A stretch of DNA of 64,000 nucleotides from Camelus dromedarius. Lineage: Eukaryota. The position numbers were made by a program, and so were the translations under genes. The stretch lies in NCBI RefSeq assembly GCF_036321535.1, contig NC_087437.1, forward strand, positions 17,920,001 through 17,984,000, written 5' to 3'. Below are positions 13,365 to 26,110 of the stretch, piece by piece (the first letter of the stretch is position 1; each line of letters begins with the position of its first letter). A model generated the notes under the pieces. It searched no databases and was not told the DNA's origin. It was given only the letters and a program-made list of their open reading frames with translations.

Positions 13365-13915
13365 GGTGCCCTGGAACCCAGCCCTACCCATAAGTGGGCT
13401 GCCACCAGTCCAGGGACCCCCCACTGGCCAATAGCAACTGCACTAAGCAGGTCCCTTGCAGCCAAGCAGGCTGGAGCCAGCCTCACTTACCAATGTACCC
13501 CCAGTAGTCGGCCCCACCAGAACAGAAAGGCCCATGCAGCCCACACTGGGGGAGCACCCCTAGAGTATATAGCTCTGGTGACCAGAGGAGAGTATGTTGC
13601 TAGGCCCCATAAGCCATCTCCTACATAAGGCCACTTCTTGAAGATTGGGAAACATAACTAACCAACCTAATACATAGAAATAAAAACAGAGAATTAGGCA
13701 AAATGAGGAGACAGAAGAATGTCAAAACTCCAGAAGAGGAACTAAGCAAAATTAAAATAAGCAATCCACCAAATGAAGAGTTCAAGGTAATAATCAAGAA
13801 GACGCCCAATGAACTCAGGAGAAAAATGAATGAACAAAGTGAGAAGTTTAACAAAAAGTTGGAAAATATAAAGAAGAACAAACAGAACTGAAGACTACAA
13901 CAACTAAAATAAAAT
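13365..13915 (+). mobile_element. L1 5'UTR end + ORF1 N-terminus fragment
   Basis: ORF 13703-13891 MRRQKN...EEFKVIIKK..NELRRKMNEQSEKFNKKLENIKKN resembles the L1 ORF1p coiled-coil start. Confidence 0.8.
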
Positions 13916-13949
13916 TAGTATGATAGCTTACCTAAATAGCCAAATATAA

Positions 13950-14660
13950 GAATTGGAGACACTGGAACCCTCATATACTGCTAGTGGGAATATAAAATGG
14001 TTCAGCTGGCTTTAGAAAATAGTCTGGCAGTTCCTCAATGGTTAAACACAGAGTAACAATATGACCCAACAATTCTATTCATAGACATATACCCAAAACA
14101 AATGAAAACATACGTCCATACAAAAACTTGTACATTAATATTCACAGCAGCGCTATGCAAAAATAGACAAAAAGTGGAAACAACTCTAATGTCCATCAAC
14201 TGATGATGAATGGATAGATAAAATGTTATTAAACGTAAAACATTATTTAGCAATAAAAAGGAATGAAACACTTAAACACGTTACAGCATGGATGAATTGG
14301 ATGAACTTTGAAAATATTATGCTAAGTAGAGGAAGCCAGTAACAAAAGACCAAATATTGTTTGATTCTATTTATATTAAATGTCCTGAACAGGCAAATCA
14401 ACAGAGACAGAGAGTAGATTTGTGGTTGCCTAGGATGAGGGCAATGCCAGGAGGGTGGTGAGTGGGAGGGTGGGGGATGAGAGAATGATGGCTAAGAGGT
14501 ATGGGGTTTCTCTCCAGGGTAATGAAAATCTTCTAGCATTCATTGTGGTGATGAATGCATTGTTCTGTGAATACACTCAAAGCCATTGAATTGTATACTT
14601 TAAATGGATGACTCGTATGGTAGAGTAACTGTATCTCAATGAAACTGTTTAAAAAGAATA
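13950..14660 (+). mobile_element. L1 ORF2 end + 3'UTR (L1MB-type)
   Basis: GGAACCCTCATATACTGCTAGTGGGAA, AATGTCCATCAACTGA, GTGGTTGCCTAGG, CTGTATCTCAATGAAACTGTT. Confidence 0.88.
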
Positions 14661-15469
14661 AATATCTCAAACTCAATAGCCTTCTGGTATAATGTAATAA
14701 GTAATTAGAACTAATTAAAGCTATATTTTGCTTATAGTTCTTCCAATACAGAACTTTAAACAAAAGTTTATCTGGACTCTCAAAATGTTAAAAACATGTC
14801 ACTACTTGGATAAAGCAGCATGAGGATCTCAAAGTCCGGCCTGCTTGCCCCTGCCCTGTCCCTTCCTCCAGTGGACTCCTAAGAACAACAGGGCTCTGCA
14901 GAGTATGATTTAAAACCCACTACTTTTTAAAATAATGGAAATCTTTTTCTTCACAGTAACAATGAAAATAAAGTAACTAAAAACAACCTGTTTAAGAGCC
15001 ATATAATAAAACTCAGAATAACTTTACTGACAGATACAAAGAAAGACCTACATAACAAACCTCTTGTGTTTTGAAATTATTTGTTTACATAAGACTGGAT
15101 TTTGGAGAACAAATTTTCTTAAGTTCAAAGCTTTTGGTACTTTTGGGGGTGGGGGGTGCTAACTATGAAATTTTAAAAGAGAAGAGGGGCATACCACGCT
15201 CACAGACCTCAGATACTACAGGAGCAATTCTGAGTAACTGTAAGGACACGACAAACACTTGTTCCTCCTTATCTCACTGTTGCTCCTGCCTAAGTCAGAT
15301 CTGATATTTTTCCGAGGATATTTTGCTACTATCATAGTCAATGTGGAATCATTAGATTTCAGGACCCAATTTTAGAATCTCATCTTTCTAGTATTTTTCA
15401 TCCTGTAGACACAATAAAAAGGGTATAGACCTAAGAGAAAGACAAAGCTGGGTTCATAGCCATCTTTAT

Positions 15470-15625
15470 CACTTTTTCACTTAGTTTTTTATCTATAAAA
15501 TGTGGACAATAATACCTCCCCTATACGGTTTTGATAAGAATTAGAAACTATGCATGTAAAACACGTAGCATAGGATTTAGCACTTGGTAGCACTCAGTAA
15601 AAATGGTAGCTCTTACTATCATTAT
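15470..15625 (+). mobile_element. MIR SINE
   Basis: ATCTATAAAATGTGGACAATAATACCT...GCACTTGGTAGCACTCAGTAAA. Confidence 0.7.
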
Positions 15626-15924
15626 AACAAATAGCAAAAATAATGTAATAAAAACAAACCTACTAACTGGAAAAACAAGTACAACAGCCTTGAATACTCT
15701 GACTAGAAAAGTTTTGCCAAAGTTTAATCAATGGAAAATACAGATTGAACATTTATTTCTCTATAAGATGCAATTCTTCATGACAGATTTAACTTGTCTT
15801 TACACTAGTTATACAAAATCCTCGTGAGGTTGGAGTGGGAGTTAAGAGGAAAGGATTTCAAGATCAAATAACTATGGGAAATGCTTTACACAGCCTGACC
15901 CACTTCCAACACTTTCAAGAGCTG

Positions 15925-16017
15925 GGGTGGTGATCAACTATCTCAGTTTCCTGGGACATGGGACATTCAGTGCTACAATGAAAAGGTGCCAAGCAAACTG
16001 GGACAGCTGGTCACCAT
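15925..16017. mobile_element. hAT-Blackjack MITE (MER81-like)
   Basis: GGTGATCA...TGGTCACC TIRs with internal GGGAC repeats. Confidence 0.75.
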
Positions 16018-17139
16018 AACTGATGAAATATATCATATATCTAAAAAATATAGATTATAATCAAGCTAATAAACTGTTAAATATAGTATGTTCTATGCTT
16101 TCACCTTGACAAAGATACCCTCAAAATGACATAGAAGGCCAGATTCACATTTAGAAATTCTGGGCTAGTGGGAGTTTGGTAAAGAGAAGCAGTCCCCAGC
16201 TTGTGGCCTTAAACATCCCTGACCCTGCCTTCTCATCCTGCAAGGTCAAGGGGCCTACAGACACTCCAACCTGTGCATCCATATCCCATCCACGCCTCTC
16301 TCTCCTCCGAACAGCTGCCTTTTGCCTCAGGCACACTGGTGAGGAAATTTGTACTCTGAAGGAAGGATTTATAGAAGCAGCCATTCAGGCTCAAGAAGCA
16401 GGTTTGGACCATCTGAGTGGTGTATTCCAGGGTCCTGGCCCCTGGAGTGTAGTCTAGTAAGAGGGGTGGGCTCTGGGCAGGCTCATATCCTTGGCTCTGG
16501 AGATTCCTTACCCCTCCATAAGAGGGGCCAGGGAAGTAGTCATTTTATTCAATTCTTCGGGCAATGCTGCATACTGCAATTTTTCCTCTGGAAGATACAA
16601 AATTCACATTAGCATATGAAATGCTTTTAGAAGTTCTCAGTAAAAAAAATTGTTTAACTTTATTTCTCCAAACATTTGCTAATTTATATAACCCAAGAGT
16701 TCTCTTTTTACATACAGCCTATAAACATATCAAATATACTTAGAAAATACTAATTTTAAGAAAAACACATGGTCAAACTCACCTACACCTTTAATCACAA
16801 TTTAATGATGTCAAGTGGTGGCTCATGGAAAAGGCCAGAAAGAATTTGTTTTATTGATTATTAAAGCTTCTTTCTCTTATTTGTCTTTAAGAAACAAATA
16901 TTGGGATTTCAGGGATAATTCATATCCCAGAAATGTTTTTGTAGCATTATCTTGCAACCCTCAGCCTGACCCTCACTGATAAAGAACAGTAGATAAATGC
17001 AGCATAAAAAACTATGAGTAATAAGTATTGAAAGCTTCACAAGAATAAGGCAGAGGGGTAAAACACATGTATCCTGGTTTGATTTTTTGTTAAAACACTG
17101 GAGAGCTTAGAAATCATTAATCAAAAGGATATTAGTGGA

Positions 17140-19235
17140 AGATCTCTGGTTCCAGGTAAGATGGAGTAGGTACACTCTTCCTGTCTATCTCTATAATGAT
17201 CAGAAAACTTCAGTAGAATGCATGGAGCAGGTATTTGTGTGCTCTGAAAACTCTGTAAGTAATAGGCAGATTGAGGAAGAAGACTTCAAGTATCATCAAA
17301 CCAGCACCAAGTTTATTGGGTTTTTTTTTTCTTTCTTTCATCCTGAACTCAACATAGCAGAAGTGGGCACCAGGGCACAGACAAAGCTTCAGGAAACTCC
17401 TTCTATCCCTGGCTCAAAGAACAGGATAAGGGAATGCCTAAAACTCGGAGAAAGTAGGGGAAACTCCAATTTTTTCCCTTCTTTTCTGTGTTCTTTTTTT
17501 GCTCCAGCCACCAATCTATCTCCTAGTGGCAGCACCAGTGGCATTAAGGGGAACTCAAAAGAGCAAAAATTCTGAGGGTGACCTTCCCCTCTAATTAGAA
17601 AAGATTCCCCAAGGGAGTAAGAAAACTCCCAATGCTCTTTTCCTCCCCCTATCATCCTGCCATTTGGCCTGAGATGTGATATCATCATTGGAAGTGGACA
17701 TATGAGCAGGATAATAAAGTTGCAGCCTGCTGGCTGGAGGATCGAAAAGGGAAACCAGAAAGTACCAGGGAGATCACAGAGAGGGAAGGGCTCAGAAAAT
17801 TGACTTCTTAAGGTTGTTTATGAAGTGCTAGGCTTACCTATGAGCAATGCGTACATTGATTTGACCCTAAACAGCATACCTAGACTTTGACAACTGAATT
17901 ACAGGATACATCATCACCCAGACCCCAGGCTGGCCACTGAGTAGCATACACACAGGATAGATCTGAAGAGCACAATGAAGGCTATATAAATTGAACTGAC
18001 ACTGGAACCATACTCTTAGAAGGCAGATCTGAAGTTGTGGCCTCAATTGCCTACTAAGACAAAAATATCAGTATTCTCCATACAATTTAAACAAGATGCT
18101 GAGTCTCAAAACATAATCTTATAATATGCAGGATACACAAACAGAACCAGGAAAATCTTAACTCACATGGAAAGAGAAAATCATGACACCAATGTCAGAT
18201 GGCACAGAGGAGGGAATTATCAGACCATGACTATTATAAAAATGAGCCAAGACTTACACTTCTGGAAACAGGGAGTAGATGTACTTTTTCTTGTTCCCCC
18301 AACTAAGCACAGCCAAGCATCCTGGGCATTATATGAAACAATCATAATAGGCCATGGAAGGTGGAGAGAAGAAGGAAAATCGGCTAAGGACCTTGACCTG
18401 AGGTGATTAAGTTCCTTGGGTTTTCTTTTTGCCTTATTATTCCACTGGCTATTAGAGAAGCCAGCAAAGTGGAACTGCTAATGAGCACGGACAAAAAACA
18501 AGGACAATAACAACAAAAGACTGCTCTCTCTAGCCAAAGAACCAGGAACACCTACAAAAAACCTACAGCTGACTTCATACAGATGTCTGTTCTCAGAACT
18601 GCTATTCAGCATGGAACACCTAACCAGGGCAATAAAGCAAGAACAGGAGAGGAAGAAATAACACTCCCTATTTGCAGGTTACATGAATGTCTACATAGAA
18701 AATCACAACAAAAAAAAAATCTACAGAAAAAAAAATCTGAGATCTAATATGTTCAGGGCAGTGCAGGATACAAAAATCAATTGTACTTTTATCTGTCAGG
18801 AATGAACATGTAGAAACCAAAATTTAAAACACAATTTCATTTATAATCACTAAAAAAAAATCCTTAAGTGTAAATCTAACAAAAGATGTACATAGCTTGA
18901 ATGCTGATGAAAGAAATCAAAGACCAACAAATGGAGAGACCGTGTTCATGGACTGGAACATTCAACATAGTAAAGATGTCAATCCTTCCCAAATGATAAA
19001 TAGTTTTTAATGTAATTCCCCCAAAATATCAGCCAGATTTTTTGTAGATATAGACAAGACCACTTGAAAAGTCATATTTTTTAGAAAAAGAAACTAGAAT
19101 AGCTAAAGCAGCTTTGAAAAAGAAGAATAAAGTAGGAGGAATCACTCTATCTAGTTCCAAGACTTAATACACAGTTACAGTAATCAAGATTGGTACTGGC
19201 AGAGGGGCGGGATAGACACACAGATCAACGGAATC
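17140..19235 (+). mobile_element. Old L1 (5'UTR pieces and ORF2 RT-region relic)
   Basis: AAGATGGAGTAG 5'-end motif. ORF2 motifs CGTGTTCATGGACTGGAA and AATATAGTAAAGATGTCAAT-like (PCSW.G..NIVKM). Confidence 0.75.
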
Positions 19236-19745
19236 TGCTAGGTCTACCTGCTACAGCCAATGTTGGAGAAGGTCTCTAGGGGAAATCTGAGAGCAAAACT
19301 AATGGTACCCTATCCTCTCCCAAATCCTTAGCAAACGCTATACAATCTGGCCCATATTTCTTAATGTACCATCTGTACTACGATCACCAGGCTTTAGGCA
19401 GAAATCTTCTGCCACCAATCTTTGTGTCCCTCAAGTATGAAAATGTTTATAAACAGCTTGCTCATTCCTCGTGGTGACAGAGGAGCATTCAGCCTGTGAG
19501 CTAACCAACTGGACCTGCCCAAAGACCAGGCCAAGAACACCAAGTCTCAGTAAGGGTCTCTGGCTTGGCCTACTCCTTCTGAGCCTTCCTTATAACTTGC
19601 CTGAGGCAATGGTGATACCCCAGGTCTCGCCAGTCCAGGTGCGAAGTGAATCTAAACAATGCTAATTGATGAAGACAGTTGCTCAGGGAATCATGAGGGG
19701 ATCCATGTGTCATAGCACATTGTGTGTGCGTGTGTGTGTAGCTAC

Positions 19746-20222
19746 TGGCATGGATTTCCTATTGCTGCTATAGCAAATTACTATAAAGTTCATGGTCTAA
19801 AACAACACAATTATCTTATAGTTCTGGAGGTTAGAAGTCTCACTGGGCTAAAATCAAGGTGTCAGCAGGACTGCATTCCTTCTGGAGTCTAAGAGAGAAA
19901 CCATTACTTTCCTTTTCTAGTCTTGAGAGGCTACCTACACTTCTTGGCTTGCGGTCCCTTCCTCTGTCTTCAAAGCCTGCATCACAGCTTCTTCTAATCT
20001 CCCTCTGACTCAGACACTGACAGTCCTGTCTCCCTCTTTCATTTACAAGGACCCTTTGATTACATTGGGTCCATCCAGATAAACAAAGATAATCTCCCCA
20101 TCTCAAGGTCAGCTGATTACCAATTCTAATTCCATTTGCAAACTTAACTCTCTCTTGCCAATCACAAGTTTCTGGGTAATAGAATGTGAACACATTTGAG
20201 GAACTACTATTCTGTCTACCAC
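19746..20222 (-). mobile_element. MaLR solo LTR (MLT1D-like)
   Basis: TAGTTCTGGAGGTTAGAAGTC...AAAATCAAGGTGTCAGCAGG...TATTCTGTCTACCAC. 5-bp TSD GCTAC at 19741-19745 and 20223-20227. Confidence 0.88.
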
Positions 20223-20376
20223 GCTACTGATGAGATTATTTCAATAAATTTGCTTCACGAACAGTTACTTAATGATATGTTTAAGACCTCCCGAAAATCT
20301 GTGCATTTCTCTTCATGTGCCTTGGGAGCTTACATTTTTTGTGTTTTCCTCAACCACACCCCCAACCACTCAAGGG

Positions 20377-20558
20377 CAGTGATTCTCAAAGTGTGGTATC
20401 TAAACCAGTACCAGCATCAACATCATCTGGGAACATGTTATCAATTCAGATTCTCAGCCCCACATTAGACCTGCAAATTCAGAAACTCTGGGGGTGGTGC
20501 CCAACACTATTTTAACAAGTTCTCCAGGTGTGGATGCACACAGGTTTGAGAACGACTG
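20377..20558. mobile_element. hAT-Charlie MITE (MER5A-like)
   Basis: TIRs CAGTGATTCTCAAA / TTTGAGAACGACTG. Internal TCAGAAACTCTGGGGGTGG. Confidence 0.88.
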
Positions 20559-21259
20559 GATTTAGAACTATTAAGACTAGAGGCTTCTTACACTGCATCT
20601 AAAATAATAACTCTAAAATACATTGCTTTCAAACCAGAATTGCTTTTAATATCTACTCTGCAAACAAGTCCTGGCATTGTGAGAACTCTTTTCTATCATC
20701 CAGGAAGAAACAGCAACACACAGCACTCACACCATGAAGAAAATTCACCAAAATATTAAGTTTTTTTTTTTCTGGGAGGTAGAATAATTGATGAGTTTTT
20801 CCACTAGACTTTTCTATGTTTTGAAATATTTTATAACAAACATACATTATTTCAGGGTGGATAAGAAATAGATTGCAAAATGGAAGGAACAATTTGTAGT
20901 TCATCAATTACAAACAAGAAACATACAAAAATCCTCTTCAGCTATTTCAAATAGTCAAGCCAATCAAACAGTAATAATAATTTGGCTGGTTCTTTCTCTT
21001 TCAGTCCCTGAAGTGTCTCTGCTCTTTATTTGATCCCTGTGTGCACTAAGGATGGTCTTAAAGCGTCAGTATAGAGCAGGACAAGTAATTTTAGAAGAGG
21101 AGAAACACCTAGATATCCTCAGAGGAAATAAGTCCATACCTCCTGGATGTGCCGGTCTTGGATGACAGCTCCAAGCACCCACCATCACCCTTTCTCAGCA
21201 CTCTGTTAAGCTCGGAGACCAACAGCCTCCCCGGGGTCCCACTCACAATCCAGTAATGC

Positions 21260-21610
21260 GCTGCACCCCCACCCCAGATTTTTTTTCCAAAGCAGACAAT
21301 GTGGTATTGTGATCAGATATAAACTGAAAGTGTATTTTCTGCCCTTCAGTAATTACACTGCCTTATGGTAGCATTATTCAGTGTGAAGCCTTATTATGCT
21401 GCAGAATGAAATTCTGTATAATTTTCTTCTCCTCCAATGCACAAATGGAAATCATATTTTGGTCTGAGTTGGGAAGAAAGGCTCAGTTATCACTTGTGAG
21501 CGTGGTGTTATTTTCCCCAGAATTAAAAAATCCATCTGGGTGTCTGACCTCGCTCACCCAGCTGCCTCTCCATTCAGCCTTTTGTATGCAGATGAACCTT
21601 ATCAATTTCC
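21260..21610. promoter_or_regulatory. Putative conserved non-coding element flanking the CpG island
   Basis: Repeat-free unique sequence with TAATTA and ACAAT motifs, adjacent to the CpG cluster. Conservation is inferred, not measured. Confidence 0.45.
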
Positions 21611-22370
21611 ACCGCCTCAAAAGCCCGCACCCAGCTTGGTGCCTCCCCCTGGTCCGCGCGGCTTTAATGGAAATGCATGAGGCTTTTTTTTTTTCTTTGA
21701 TGTCTATGCAATATACGCATGTGGATAAAAACCTGTGCTTTTATTGAGGGGGAGGGGGAGGGAGGTTCAAATCAAAGTTAAAGTCCCTACCCTATCGCGC
21801 CTCGCCGGCGATTAGCGGAGGAGAGAAAGGAACAGCAAATCCAACACAGAAGCTGTGAAACTAGGGTTATTCAGATTATTGACTAACAAATAAAGGGGCA
21901 TGGGATGTCACATTCGTATTCTAAGGGTTTTCATCCCTCCGCGGGCCTCATCAGCAACTTAGTGGAGTGCTACTAAATCCCGTGCGCTAACACGCGGCCG
22001 CCGGAGGCTCCGCGTGATTAATGCGTTAATTGCAGCTCCCTCAGGCCTCGCGCTGGCGGTGTGGGTAATTCGCTTCGGGCCAGTCGGCCCTTGAGTTATT
22101 CTACAGCCTAGTGTAAACAACGCGCGAATAACACCACTCAACCGTTTGCCCGATCCCGTTGCGTTTCCCAGGCTATTAGCAACTTCCAATGAATGATTCA
22201 TCCGCCGGTGACAAAGCCGAGGCCGGGGATTGTCCGAAACCTCCAGGACTCCAGGAGGAGATCAGAACAGCCTGGCTTTCACCGGACGCCGAGACTCACG
22301 TGTCTCTCGGAAATGCAGCTTTGCCGGCCCAGGTCTGCACAGGGCGAAGTAAACCGTTGTTTTGGGGGGA
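21610..22370. promoter_or_regulatory. CpG island (no associated coding exon visible)
   Basis: About 50 CpGs by hand count in ~760 bp, against a strongly CpG-depleted background. Contains GCGGCCGC and CGCGCG runs. Confidence 0.8.
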
Positions 22371-24109
22371 GGGAAAAAAGCCTAGGAAATTTAGGCAACA
22401 GCCTTCCAGGTAAATCATTCAGGAAGAAGGACAAACAAACAGATTCGCTTTGGCTCTAAGTATCCCACCAACTCATTACATTTGTGGCAGCCAAGTTTGA
22501 TTCTGTTGACCGAGATTGTACACTGGGACCCAATGATGCAATTCACATGAACCTTGAGTTTAGAGGCAGCAACGAGATCGCCTTCCCTAAACTAGCCAGA
22601 ACTGGGCTGTGTGAACCCAAGCGAGCAGCTTAGAGGCTTGACTGAAAAACGGGATACTCATTTTGTTTGCCTAACAAGATTGCTGTAAGGATTTTAAAGT
22701 AATGATTAAAAAAAAAAACTTCAAGTTTGCCAAAGTTACCAATAAGGTAATGTAAGTACGAATTAAATGAGTAATTAAAGCTCTTACTGATTAATATGCT
22801 AAAGTAACATCTTTGGCTTGTAGCAGTTTAAATTCCAGGAAGAGTAGTCAGATACATGAGTATTTAGAGTGAAAAATTTCAAGCGTGCAGAACTGGCAAA
22901 ACAAGGATTAACCCACTTTTTTAGGTCAGAATAATCAGGTTTAAGGAAAGAAGTAGGAACCTTAGGGTTAAATTGTCTACTCCCTCTGGCCTCAACCAAC
23001 TTCTGCTTGAATAGGCAAAACTCTTTCAACAGTCAGGAAAGAGGTCCATTTTATCCTTGGCTTTCTCTAATTTGAAGAAAGTTTTCCTTAACGGGACCTG
23101 ACATCCTTCTCCTTGTAGTTAAGGAGACTCTCTCATTCTTCCTAGCTCTGCTCCTTGGGATCCCTGACAACAAATCTCTTTCTTCAAGTTAGGGGGACTC
23201 TTGACTCCACAAAAGAAATAACCATTAAGTTTTGGAGAGGATTTTAGAAATTAGACTTTAGATCAGTAATCAGTAAAAACCATTGTATCTCCTACCCCCT
23301 TTTATCTTTTTAAAAATTAAAAGTAAGCACACTTATGGTTGAAAACAAAAAATTTCAAAGGAACACAAAATATCAAGTGGCAAGTAAATATTCCCATCCA
23401 CCCTGCCTCACCCAGTATCCCATTTCCACTGCCCAGAAGTAAACCCATTTAACAGTTTCTTGAGTAGCCTTCTGGAAATCTGAGGGTAACCTACAAATTT
23501 ACAAGGCTACATACACAAAATGTTGGATAATAGCACACTTTTTTTTTGCAACTATTTCGCTGAACAGTATCTTGGACATCTGAATATAATAGTACATGTA
23601 ATATACCACGGCATGTACTGGAAAAGTAGTTGTAATAAAATTTGAGATTCATATATGAGATTAGTCAATAGTTTTCTTGCCCTAGAATAGTTTTTTTTTT
23701 TTTTTTTGGACAGCATGTCACTTATGGAATTTAAAAATACAGGCGTACAAAACAAATTTTACACACTTGCAAATTACTAGAGTGCTGAGCCATGACAAGG
23801 GATGGGGAGGGGACAGGATGCAGGCAGCAGGGTAGAAGGGAAAAGAAAAAAATGGAAGTGAGACAAATGACAAATTGAGGGGCCTTGCATGGACCCATGG
23901 GAGTGTACTGTGCACTGAATACTAGTTATTTGTTATTGGGTTTGCTAGTCTAATAAAAACAATTGAGTGGCTTCTCTCAATATCTCTTTCTTCTTCCCTA
24001 TGTTTTCGAACAATTTATATGACATGAAAATTACCTGTTTTCACGAGTTTTCAAGGTGTCAGAAACCTTGAAAGTTTGTAAAAAAAAAAAAAAAAACTCA
24101 TCCTTAACA

Positions 24110-26110
24110 TAAGATTGTCTGGACCTGGTGCCCTTTTTATAGGTAATCGCTGAATTTCTCTTTCAATATCTTCTATGCTTATTGTTATAGTCAGATTTTC
24201 TATTTTCTAAGCAAATTTTTATGATTTACATTTTCCCAAGCATATTTTATTTTGTCTGTAGTATTTTAATCTATTGGTATAAATCTGTGCTAAAGCACAA
24301 CTTCATTTTCTAAGAAAACTTTATTTTCTGATAAAACTAATTTTATTTTCTATGTAGCCATAAACCTTTTTAACTTGTGAGATTTATTTTACCTTCTCTC
24401 TGTTTTCCTTAACTAGGCAGAAGGAAAATTATTTTTCCTCCCCTACAGTATTTGTCAAATATTTGTATATTTTTGTAATCTTTTCAAAGAACCAGCTTCT
24501 GGTTGTATGCGTCTGCTCTAGTTTTGATATTGTAATTTAACAATTTCTGCTTTTATTTTTACTAATTCTTTTTTACTAATTTATTGGAGATCATTTATTT
24601 TATTTTTCTAGCTTCTTAAACTGAAAGCTAAATTTTCATATTTCTTGTATTCTAGTAAATGCATGTAATGCCATGCATACTTCTCTGTCTCTGCCCAACC
24701 CAAAGACTTTTATAAGTGTGTTTTTAATTTTATGCATTTCCAGAGTTGGTAATAACTGTTTTTTTACTTCCTTTTCTGTTACAGAATTTCTTAGAAACAT
24801 GATTTTTAATTTCAAGGACAAAGCTTTCCTTTGGTTGTTAATTTATATTTCTGTTGCCTTGTGATCAATAAATACAAATCATATGATTTTTGCTTTCTGG
24901 AATTTATCAAGATTTCTTTTGTAACCTAAAACATCAGTTTTTGTGAAAGATTTTTTTTGTATTTAAAAATAATATGTTTTCTCTGTTAAAATAAGTCAAG
25001 ATTGTTAATTATGTCATTCTGTTTCTCTGCATCCTTTAATTCATTTCATCTCATTTCATTTTTTTTTTCAGCAGCATCAAATGATTGTGAGTGTGGTAAG
25101 TTAAGGTTTATCACTGAGATTATGGATTTATCAATTGATCCTTGTGTTTCTGTTTGTTTTCTCCTTGCTGTGAGCTAACTAGTCTCTCTATGACCTATCT
25201 CCCAATTCCTATTAGATATGCTGGAACTTGTGCCATGTGTCTTAATTTTTCTTTCATATTTTGCTTTTCAGGAGTTCTCAGCTTGGTCTTCAAGCTTACT
25301 CACTTGCTCTTCAACTGTTTCCATCCTGTTATTCAAACTGTCCATTGAATTTTTATTTCAAAAATCAAAATTTGCATTTCCAAATCTCTAGTTGGTTATT
25401 ATAGATCCAATATCCTTTGTGCCTCTCTAACAATTTTAATTATGCTTATTCTAATATCTTTTATTCTTTTTGCTTTTAATCAGCCCAATTTCCTGATATC
25501 ATCTCATCCACTTGTTGAGTTCGGTGCCTCACTTTCGTAGTGTTGGCACTCCTCCAGTATTTAATGAATCTTGGTTGTGTGCTCATGTCTGTATTTGTGA
25601 TTCCCTTTAGCCTATAGGCGAAAGCCGACCTCTCAAGGTTGTTGGAGAGACATGGAACACATGCTGGGCAGTGTGAGCCAGCAGATGGATTCCTGAATAT
25701 TGGCACCTCCCTGGGAGCACCAGCCTCCTGAAGCACTGTCCTTCCTCTTTGGCTAGAAGCCCCTCCTCCCCATGTGTTGCCTGCCTTAACAGAAGAGAGA
25801 GGGATGGGGAGTTGAAGACATTTCTCCTGCCAGCTGAGGCGCCCACTCTGGACCCAGCAGCCCCTCCTGTTCTGATAATCTGGCCTCCGGACACTTAGGC
25901 TTCCCCACCAGCCACATCCTCCTTTGCAGACATTTCCTACTTCTGTCTGATTCCATCTGCCTTTCATCTCTCTGAGATTCCCCCTAGTTTTGAATGCATT
26001 GATGAAACCTCTTGTTTTCCACTCTGGTTGTGGATTTTCCTTCCAAGAAGTTATTTCCACAGATTTGGGGAGAGAGAGCTGAGTCCACAGTGTGTGCTCA
26101 GCTGCCCTCT
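24110..26110 (-). mobile_element. Ancient L1 relic(s)
   Basis: T-rich plus strand with the L1 ORF2 antisense motif TTTTCAAAGAACCAGCTTCTGGTT. Highly degraded. Confidence 0.6.

Noticed and set aside
21959..22459. Overlapping ORFs in the CpG island
   Set aside because: GC-rich DNA is stop-poor, and there is no protein similarity.
25476..26060. Longest ORF (194 aa)
   Set aside because: Non-ATG start, no recognisable domain, and lies in degraded repeat-like sequence.
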